Assembly (NCBI RefSeq): GCF_009914755.1
Contig: NC_060935.1
Length of the DNA stretch: 64,000 nt
Strand: one strand, 5' to 3'
Source: the human T2T-CHM13v2.0 reference genome, Homo sapiens
Shown: piece by piece, positions 12,801-22,712 of the stretch
How positions within the stretch are numbered: the first letter of the stretch is position 1
Layout of the letters: each line of letters starts with the position of its first letter
The notes under the pieces: generated by a model
Told to the model about the DNA's origin: nothing
Database searches by the model: none
Seen by the model: the letters and a program-made list of their open reading frames with translations, nothing else
Position numbers and translations under genes: made by a program

Positions 12801-15609
12801 TACTCTGGCAGTACTCTGGACAACAGATAAGGGGACAAGGAAGCGGGGAGGAGAGACCAGCTGGGGTGCTGCTGAAATGCAAGCTGCTATGCTAGGCTGT
12901 GGTGGTGGGTGGAGGTGTATCTCAGGCCTCCTACTCAGCTGGCTCAGGCTGGGACAGCCTTGATGCCAGGTTACAGTCATGAAGTTCTTCCACACAGCTT
13001 GGTAAATAACTTGTGCCAAGCCACCTCAGTGCCTCCTTCCACACCCAGTGCCTTTCAGCCTCTGCTCTGGCTGTTCCAGCCCCTTCCCAATACCCCCAAT
13101 CTCCTCATGATCCAGTTACTAAACAAAGGGTTAATGTCCGCGGACCAGGCATAAAAGAAGCCCGTGGGCTCTGCTCAGTGGCCAGGCAGACATTCTGATT
13201 GGTTAGAGGCTGGGCCAACCAGATGTTAAGTATTTTGCATACCACTCCTCCGTGCCCTACTCCAATCTGCCCTCCGATTTTGCTCTCCTTCAAAGAAAAA
13301 GAAAATGCCAAATTAGAGCCTAAATTCCTCAGTCGGCTTCCTGCTCTCCCTGCGTATCACACTCCCTGGCCGCTCTCTGATCTACACTCCTCTCTCCTGT
13401 CCTGCTCTCGCCCCCTGTCCCCATCCACAGTTCTATCTGTGCTCTGTTCGGCCGGCCCTCTCAAAGAGAAGCCACTCACGTGTTATGAAGAATGACTCTT
13501 ACATTAAGTGAAAAATCAAATTTATTTGCAACAAACAGCCTGGGCTGCATTGATTTCCATCTGGCTTGTCCTGCATGCCCTTTTAAGCAGCCAGACTCAG
13601 CATCAATACAAGTGAGTTAAGACATCTCGGGACTAGGAAAATGCAAGGTAAGGGCTCACTCTAAGGGTTCCATGATCCTGTTGAGCCAGTCAGCTCCTCT
13701 GATGTGTGAGTTTGGAAGATTTACTTCATCCAATTTAAGAAGTCCTCATGGTTTACTTGCTTTATGTCCTTTTTGGCCTCTTTTCTGAGGCCCGGGGCAT
13801 GAGTTGACATCCCATCTCACTCAACATCTAGCTGTGCAATCTTGGGCTTGTGATCACCTGAGCTTCAATGTTCTTGTCTTTAAAATGGGATGATAATCTA
13901 TGACCTGCTACCTTCAAAGGATTTTTGAGGATCCAGGGTGATAATTTGAAGGAGAGTATTTTGTAAACTGCTACGCACATGCCTGCCTATGAGATGAGAA
14001 TGCTTATTTGTTATTTACAAAGACAAGGAGCCGCCCCTTCCCTGAGCCTCATGTGCTAGGTCCAAGCCAACCGGGGCTCACTGAGCTCTGTCACTTACGG
14101 ACAGGACGGAGCAAAAGAAAAGCTTTCAGAGACCATTTTGTCTCTTCTCTTCAGTGAGATCCAGAGATGACAATGAATAACAGGCAGCATTTCTGAAGCA
14201 TCTGTTCTGTGCCAGGTACTGGTGTCAAGTGTTTCATTTATAGTTCTCATCAATCCTCACCACCTATTAGGTACTGTTTATCCCTTTGCACAGGTAAAGT
14301 AGCTGAGAATACTAAAAATGGCAGAGCCACAGTTCAAATCTAGGTCTGTTTGATGCCAGAGTTGGAGCCTTAACCATAAGCTGGGAAAGGGACTGCTCAT
14401 TTTTCAAGCCTCACAGGCAGAACAGGTCAGCTTTCACATGGATACAGGCCTGTGGGAGAGAATGGAAATGAAGAGGTCATAGGTGTGCTCTGTGTGTGTG
14501 TGTGGCCAGCTCCTCTTACCTCTGTGATCTTGGGCAAATGATTCACCCTGGGGTTGTTATGAGAATTAAATAACACTGTCAAAATGCATATACATTACAT
14601 AGCACAGTGCTCAGCTGACCCTGTCTGTGAAGGGGGAGAAGGGCAGAGCAAATCAGGGTGGGCTGCACAAATTGTCAGGCATTGGTCATGACCCAACAGG
14701 CATCAAAGAGGGCTCAAGCCTCTGCAGGCAGAAAAACAGGAATCACCGAGGCACCAGGGTAGGAAAGAAATATCATGGCAGGTCTGGAAACTTGAGCAGT
14801 TCAGCAGGGCTGGCCCATGAGTGGTGGAGTGTGGAGAGTTAGGGGACAAAAAAAGTCTAGAAAAACAGAAACAGATTTGGGGAAAGAGTTCTATGCTAGG
14901 GGGAGCTCAGTTTAAGGGCAACAGGGAGTCACCCCCAAGCTTCATCTGGCTGCAGTACAGAGAATGGCTAGAGGCGGGCAGCTCTGGGTGAAGGGGGGTG
15001 GTTGTGGTTAATCCTCCAAGAAAAATGATAATGGTTTGCACTGGGAAGTATCAGAGGGAATGGCTAAGAAGAATGGATTTGAATACTGGGGCAGGATGGA
15101 TAGGCTTTGGGGACTACTGTAGGTAGAAAGTGCAGGAGAGGGAGCCAGGCACCAGAATATCCTACAAATTACTAAGTTTTCATGTCTAACCATCTCGGGA
15201 AGGTCTTCCTCTCAAGGTCACACAGGGCTTGACACAAAGAAACTGCTAAATATGTTTGTTGAATGAACAGCAAAACTAGGAACTAACATTTATTCAGCGC
15301 TTACTTGGTATTATCAGGCTTACCACTTAAAGGCCATCTCATTAAGTCCTCAGGACAATTCAGTGCACTAGGGAGGCTTCTCACGGCCATGTAACAGTTG
15401 AGGACTGAGGCTTAGAGGGGAGCCTAACTCAACTCTAGGCAGGTAGACAAACACTGGAGCCCAGCTCCTAACCACCTCACTATGCCAGGGAAGTGGGTGA
15501 GCGAGAAAATAAATGAACTAAGAATGAACTACAGGGCAGGCTTTTTACCAGGTCCAAGTGCCCAAATGGCAGAAACTTGCTGTTGATATGGCACCCCAAC
15601 TGGTGTTCC

Positions 15610-16000
15610 AGCTCACCTGTGCCACGCCCACCTGCGCCACGCCCACCCGAGCCCATGCCTACCTGAGCCAAGCTCACCTGCGCCTGAGGCCCGCCCCCTC
15701 GGCCTTGTCCTTACCTGTGCGGCAGAATTCCTCGGCCTCCTGCGGCACAATGTCCTTGACGCGGCTGCCATAGGCTAGGCGGGCGTCCTGGTCGTAGGCC
15801 TTCAGGGTCTCGCTGGAGCTGTACGATTTCTGCGGGGCTTTGCCCTCCTCGCTGTCCGCGGACGAGCTGGTGTAGCGGCGCTCGGCGTCGCGGCGCCGGG
15901 TCAGCGAGCGGTAAGGCTTCCTCTCCTTCACGTCCATGGCCTCCGGCCCGCGCTCCTCCACATCCACAAACAGGGTCCTCGCCGCACTCAGGGCCGAGTG
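15610..16000. promoter_or_regulatory. Small intragenic CpG-rich island over the ATG exon
   Basis: Dense CpGs (e.g. gcggcgctcggcgtcgcggcgccggg) against a CpG-depleted background. Confidence 0.65.
15715..15937 (-). CDS. TENM4: Teneurin-4 first coding exon, coding part (223 nt, ends in phase 1); start of the N-terminal intracellular domain
   Basis: Translation [74 protein letters not shown](G) is the recognisable teneurin-4 N-terminus. ATG at 15937..15935 has a strong Kozak context (GAGGCCATGG). Donor is CAG|GTAAGG at 15715/15714. Confidence 0.98.
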
Positions 16001-16002
16001 GT
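15938..16002 (-). other. TENM4: 5' leader portion (65 nt) of the ATG-bearing TENM4 exon
   Basis: Acceptor TCTTTGGTTTCCCTGGCTCTAG|ACCACTCGG with AG at 16004..16003. Whole exon is 15715..16002 = 288 nt. Confidence 0.88.
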
Positions 16003-18183
16003 CTAGAGCCAGGGAAACCAAAGATAGGGCGTGAGAGGCAGAGAACATTCCCGGGTTCATCCTGGTCCTGGATTCACCCTTGCAGCCCTGTGGACAGAGA
16101 ACCCCAGGCAGTGGAGGAGAGGGTACCGCTCCACCACTACGCAGCCCATAAGTGGCAAAGGAAAGTCGCACCCAGGACCTCTAATTACAAATCCTGGCCC
16201 TTTTTGCTACTTAGCCTATTCACCTTGAGGAGGCCTCCTCCAGTGATGGGCACCGAGGAAGCTGACAGCAAAGGCCAAAGGGCACTGGTGGTTAGTAATA
16301 TTCCTAGGTAGGAACCAAGCCTGTTTGGTTCCCATCACATCCCACGTGGAGCAGGGCCTGACCCAGCTCTGGCCCAGGGCTCCTTAAAAATCTGTGAGAT
16401 GAATGATTGCATGCAAGCACTGGGGTAAGCACTTTGCATATATTATCTTAGTAAATCTTGATATCTTCTGAGATGTTATTACTCTCTCCAACCTCTTTTG
16501 GAAACGAGCTAAGGTATAAACAACCAACCCACACTTACCACTACCAGATGATTATATAATTATTTGCTTTTTGCCCATCTCCTTCTGCTAGTCTGTAAGC
16601 TCTATGAGAGCAGAAACTTTACCTGTACTGCTCACTCCTGGTCTCTAGCACCTCGAACAAGGGCTGGTACACAGTAGGCGCATAATAAAGATGTGTTTAA
16701 TTAACCAGCTAACCATCCCCATCTGACAGATGAGAAAACTGAGACTCGGAACCCCCTTCAAGGTCACTTAGGTGTCAAGTAAAAAAGCCAGGATTGGAAC
16801 TCTGATCTGTTTGGCTCTAAAGCCTGCATTTTTCCTATTCCATTCTGCCTCCCTGAGACGTCTCCCTCCTACTCTTAGTACACAAAAGTGCCCTTCCAGT
16901 TACTCAGAGGATGTCCCTCACCTCCAGACTTGCCCATCTCCTCAGTGCCACCGTCAGCACTGGGCAGCACAGTGTCTGCCCCATCCATCTGGGTGTTGCT
17001 AGAAGGTCTGACTGGTGGGAAGCTCCTAATAGCCCTTTCTCCTCTTTTCCCCATCTTGACCCTTCTGCCCTACACTGACACCCCTGGATTTTTGAGTTGT
17101 GATAGCACCCTCTTTCTCCCTCCAAATGTCTTCTTTGAGCTCTGGGGTAGCAAACACAACCATACAGGGCCAGGAGCTCAATACAGAAGGAAAGCAGAAT
17201 ATCCTCCGCAGAGACATAGGGCATCACTTAGTTTTTATGAAACACAACCTGCTCAGTTCTGGCTTTCTGTTGCTCCATCTTTCAGAGCAGCATGGGTACA
17301 CAAGACATTCCCCTGCTTCACTATCCAATTAGAGAGACAACAGAGCAAGAGCTGTGATAAATGCTGCCAACATCAGATCTCAGTGTCCAGGGTGGGGCCT
17401 TGACAGCTGGGAGGGTGGGTCTGTCCAAGTGCTTGCCTGTGCTGCAAAGTGGGAGTGTCTGGGGGGTGGGGGTGTCTTGTGAATTTTTAAGACAAGCTGG
17501 AAATTTGGAGTTAGATATAAAAGGTATGACTTTAAAATGTTGATCCATTATTATTATTTAATTTTAATACTTTGCAGGCCAAACAAAAGAGACTTCTGAG
17601 TTGAATTTGCTCTGAGGCTCGTAGTTTCCAAATTCTGCCTTTGACCATGGACATCAGAGGTAGCTCTTTGGCCCGTTTTTCCAAGAGTGCAAACATTTGT
17701 GATTTTATTGGTGCCTCACAATAACTGTGAAGTAGAGATTACAATTATTTTCATCCCCATATTATAGATGAAGCTACAGTGACCCAGGGCCATATAGTCT
17801 CCTGCCTAAGGCCACATGGTGAGTTAGTTGCAAAGCTGGCACTAACTACATAGACTGCAATGCCTCGGGATTATACCTAGATCCAATTAAGATGAATAGT
17901 TGACACTGTTTTGGTTCCCGATTCTCAAAATATCCCTGGAAATTAATGCTGGGGCAAGGGGTGTAACTCGAGACACACAGAAATCAAATTATATTACTGA
18001 GGCTCAAACCCAGAGCTCTGAGCTCTGCCATCCTGATGCTCAGTCTTCCCAATAGCTGGCAAGATGATAGTCCTCTGAGTGTCTGAGAAGCAGGACCACA
18101 AGGGAAGATCAGTGATAGTACCTTCTACTCCAGGGTTTTAAAAACTTTCTTGACTGCAGTCCATAATTAGAAAAACATATTAT

Positions 18184-18479
18184 GGCCAGGCATGGGGTGG
18201 CTCACATCTGTCATCCCAGCATTTTAGGAGGCGAAGTGGAAGGATCACTACAGGCCAGGAGTCCGAGACCAGCCTGGGCACAGCAAGGCCCTGTTTCTAC
18301 AAACAAACAAACAAAAATTTAGCCAGGCATGGTGGCACATGCCTATAGTCTCAGCTACTCAGGAGGCTGAAACGGGAGGATAGCTTGGGCCCAGGAGGTC
18401 AAGGCTATAGTGAGCTGTGATGGTACCACTGTACTCCCCGCTGGGCAAGAGTGAGACCCTGTCTCAAAAAAAAAAAAAA
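18184..18479 (+). mobile_element. Alu (AluJ-like)
   Basis: ggccaggcatgggg...aggatagcttgggcccaggaggtcaaggctatagtgagctgtgat...poly-A. Confidence 0.93.
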
Positions 18480-19614
18480 TTACAATATCTTACATAATGA
18501 CCCACTACACACATTGATGTATGCGAATGTGTGTGTTTACATGTATAAAAGAGAAACAAAAGATTCACAAAAGTTATTGCATGATGAGAAATGCACTCTG
18601 ATATGTTCTATCTCATTCTCTTTCATTTTTAAAAAATGACTGATTATAACTCTAAATTGATATCACAACCCAATACTGGCTTTCAACGCAAAGCACTATT
18701 CTGGTATAATTTGAATGAGGATTTATGGCAACTGCTGCCTCTGCCTGTTTACTTCTAACCCCTGAGTGACAATAATGATGATGATAATAATAAGCATAAG
18801 TACTCCATAATGTTAGCCATTATTAATATGACTCACTAATAACTCATATTAATAACTCATAATATTAATAATGGTTTGAACAATATAGCTAATAGACTCT
18901 TAGTAGCTAATATTTAATTATTGCTTGCTTTTACTATGATTATATATAACATCTTTAATCCTCACCCCAACCCTGTGATATAGGTATTATGATTCTCTGC
19001 AAACTGCAGATGAGAAATTGTGAGGTTAAGTATGCTGCCCAAGGTTACATGGCCCTGGCATGGTGGAGAAAAAATTGTGATCCTGAGGTTGAACTCAGCA
19101 AATGGGTATAACTGCTGTATGGGCTGTGCCAGGGGAATTTTTGAGGCCCAGGTCATGCTATTGTCCTGCTTATGCCCTCTAGCAGCCCTGCTGAGCCTTT
19201 GGGGTCAATTCTGGCTTCCTGGTCAAAATGAAGGCTCTTGTCAGTCTGGCTCACCTCGCTTCCATCTTGCTGAGCCACTCACACTTTCCTGGATGTGAAT
19301 TCTGTGGCCTCTCTGACTTTGTGCATGATGTTTCATCACTGCACATGCAGCCCACTAGATGATCTTTTTTTCATGTCTGCCTCTCCCCTTGACTACGGTT
19401 CCTTGAGGGTAGGTAGGCTTGGTATCCGGTGCTCACAAAATGCCTGTTAAGTGCATGCATGAATGAAACTACTTGGCAGCTACTTCATGTCTTCTTATTA
19501 AGCCTCAATAACATAAAATATTAGTAGTTCACTACCAATTAAGTAAAGTATTACGTAAATCTAAGGCTGAATTAGAGGCGTTGCTCACATGTATTCTTTT
19601 TTTAAATTTCAAAG

Positions 19615-19815
19615 GTAGCCCAGGCTTGAGGTATGCATCCCCCACTGACCGGCTGAATGACCTTGGGCAAGTTATTTAACCTCTCTGTGCTTCAGCTTTC
19701 TCATCTGTAAAACCTCTTAGGGTTGTTTTGAGGATTAAATGAGTTAAGATGTGCCCCTAGCATATACAGCCCCTGATACACAATGAGTGCTCATAGATGT
19801 TAGCTATTATTATCA
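19615..19815 (+). mobile_element. MIR (one of dozens of MIR fragments in the window)
   Basis: Core tgaccttgggcaagttatttaacctctctgtgcttcagctttctcatctgtaaaa...gaggattaaatgagttaa. Confidence 0.85.
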
Positions 19816-20659
19816 TCAGAAAAAACAAACACATTTTCTGTTTAAAAGGCATAATGTAGAAAGCTACGGGTAAGTGTCAGTTATAACTGGGGAAGGGGCA
19901 TCCCCTCAGAAGCATATGTAAATAAGGCTGAGAAACGTTTTAGGCTGTTAAATTGGTGGGTGACTATTTCCTCTTATCAGTGTGTGCCTGTTGACTGAAG
20001 ACATTGGCATCAAGGCAAAGGCTCAGTAATCACAAATTATTAAGAACATACACACCTAACGCACAGCTTCCCTGTCACAAAGCTGAGGCAGGGAGAACAT
20101 TCGCCTGGTTCTCATTTCCTTAAAATTTTTTTTTCACATTTTAGGCTTAATATAGTAATTCAGCAAATATTTACTGTTTTTGAACAGATGGGAGGTCAGT
20201 TATGGTTCACACCCAAATTGGCATTTAACAGAGCGAGAAAGAAGAGGTTGGGGTGAAAGAGGAGTGACAGTGGAGAAATGCTCCCTCTGGAGCAAGGGAC
20301 TTCAGTACAGTGACCTGGAGCCCCCCGGCAGAAGGACAGAAGGAATGCTGGGGAAGGGGCCCACCTCAGACCCTGCAACCCCCAGCCACAGGTTCAGGGA
20401 CAGAAGCACATGGCACATATCCATGCCTAAACGTGTTCGCTCCCTCCTTACCCACCAACCTCTGGGTTCCCCATAAAACCCATGAGCGTGACATCCAAGG
20501 CTTCTGGAGATCTGAACTTTCCTTGTCTCTCTCTGCTTCCTCTGGCTGCCACAGAGCAACCTGTCTCTCGCAGACTCATATGCTCCATTTCAGTCATGCA
20601 GAACTGCCTGCCATTTGCCAGACATCCCATACTCTTTAACATTGCTGAGCCTCTACAAG

Positions 20660-21023
20660 TGGTGTTGGGTGGACTCACCTAAGGGCGGCACCAGGAGGAG
20701 ATGGGGGCAGGGTCACATTAGGTGAGAGGCCAGAGTGTGTCTTCCCTGCCCCCACTAGCTCTCTAGTCCTCTGTCCATGCCTTCTCTGACAGGTAGCCCC
20801 TCCTCCAGGCCTCCGCTTCATACTGGGCTCTGCTAACATCTTCCCCTACCCTCATCTGTGCAGGACCAGGGATGTGCCAGTTTCTTGCTGTTGCTACAGC
20901 CCAGGCGTCTCACCATCAGGGCTGGCTCTCAGACCCTGCTGCACCTCCGTCTCTTCATTAAAGTCTGCTCCTCTAAGCCATCTAGAGTGAACTGTTTCCT
21001 GTTAGGATCCTGACCAATGATAC
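20660..21023 (+). mobile_element. ERVL-class LTR fragment (LTR33-like)
   Basis: ttcttgctgttgcta...ttcattaaagtct...ctgtttcctgttaggatcctgac..tgataca terminus. Confidence 0.55.
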
Positions 21024-22267
21024 AGCTTCACCCCTTACTTTCTGTTGGCTTTCAGCAATCATCATCGTCATTGAACTAATAATAACACCAGCCACCACTT
21101 ACTCAGGGTTTGCCATAGGCCAGGCACCGGTCAAGTGCTTGAGATGATTTCATTTAGTTCTCATCATTTCTACCTCTGTGAATCGGTCCCATTTTACTGA
21201 TGAAGAGCCTGCGGCTTAGAGAAGTAAAATAACTGGCTTGCAGTCACACAGGAAGAGACTCAAGAGCTGGAAGTGTCCAACTGCAAACCTTCTTTCCAGA
21301 ACCCTCTATCCTGACAGTGATAGAATGAGCTCCAGGCTAGGAGTAAGGCCTGTCCTGGCCACCTCCTAGCTGTGTGGCCCTGGGCACAGGACATTTAACT
21401 TACTCCAAGAGGCTGAGTTTGTTAGATGTTTTGTAAACTGTAATGTACTAAATTGGTATAAGGGATTGGAAAATCATTACTGTCAATGCCATCATCATTA
21501 TTGTGTTGTTATTTCTAAACAACAAATTATGTAACTACTTTAAACCTAGACCAAATTAGGCAGGTGAGAATGTTTTGGGAAGCTCAAGTAGCAAATATAT
21601 AACTAAGGACCAAACTAGTAGCTCAGTCATTGTAGGCCTCAGGCTAAACAAAGAGGCTCCAATCAAGACGAAGAGCATGTGGCCCCCAGGTGAGCACATT
21701 GCCACTGACGCCATCTGTGAGATGTGTAAGACCCTGGCAGGGACTCGGCCTGTCAGCCTGCTCCAGACATGGCGCAGTGTTCTGAAACTCTTCTCCAAGC
21801 AAAACCTGAGTACCACAAAGGTGCCTTAGAGAAGAATTCATTTTCACAAACTGTTGCAGACCAGTCTAGTGCTGGGCACTGGAGGTTCCAGAGAGGAGCG
21901 GGTCACAAGCCCTCCAGTGACAGCTCACCATCTCTCTGGGGTGTCAGCCCTAGGGACCATCACCATCAGTGACAAATGCTTTGATAAAGTATAAACTGCA
22001 GTTTTATAAGCTTGTTCTTATGCTAACGTGGGTCTTGGTTTTGGTGTGTCTGTGGAGAAGGAGAGTAGGCCCAGAGGAGAGGAGGGAAGAAGACATATGT
22101 GTTGAGCACAGTGCTTTTCACATACCCCCATGAAAGCCATAATTATTTCTCGTTTTTGAGGCCAGGCTAAAAGATCCAGTTATCTGATCAAGTTCACACA
22201 GCCAGTAAAGGACAGGGCCGAGACCTGAACCCAGACCTTCTGAATTTAAAATCCATGTTTGGGTGGT

Positions 22268-22600
22268 TGTATGAGTTCGTTTTCACGCTACTGATAAAGA
22301 CATACCTGAGACTGGGTACTTTATACAGGAAAAGGGATTTAATGGACTTACAGTTCCACGTGGCTGGGGAGGCCTCACAGTCATGGCAGAAGGTGAAAGG
22401 CACATCTCACATGGTGGCAGACAACAGAAGAGAGAGCTTGTGCAGGGAAACTCCCCCTTATAGAACCATCAGATCTTGTGAGACTTATTCATTACCACGA
22501 GAACAGCATGGGAAAAACCGGCCCCCATGATTCAATTACCTCCCACAACACGTGGGAATTCAAGATGAGATATGGGTGGGGACACAGCCAAACCATATCA
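22268..22600 (-). mobile_element. THE1 (MaLR) solo LTR, same orientation as TENM4
   Basis: Reverse-complement THE1 termini tgtatgagttcgttttcac... and ...gggtggggacacagccaaaccatatca. Confidence 0.93.
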
Positions 22601-22693
22601 GTATTTTTTTTGTTTTTGTCTTTTTCCTTTATGTGAAGCTGGGCTTGGATGGATCTGGAAGGTTTCAATAGGGACGTGAATGTGGGGAGGCCT

Positions 22694-22712
22694 GGGAGCC
22701 CCCTGGTGGTGA
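22694..22712 (-). promoter_or_regulatory. Candidate CTCF motif
   Basis: Minus strand TCACCACCAGGGGGCTCCC matches the core CCACCAGGGGGC; occupancy unknown. Confidence 0.45.

Larger units (their letters stand above)
11027..15714 (-). other. TENM4: TENM4 intron (4688 nt) between the two coding exons
   Basis: GT...AG boundaries and in-frame junction of the flanking exons. Confidence 0.95.

Noticed and set aside
12461-13019. Cys/Val- and His/Thr-rich ORFs on both strands
   Set aside because: These are translations of the CA/TG repeat, which lacks stops by composition
16003-16171. N-terminal part of the 165-aa ORF 15674..16171
   Set aside because: It lies upstream of a clear polypyrimidine/AG acceptor, so it is intronic read-through of an open frame rather than teneurin sequence
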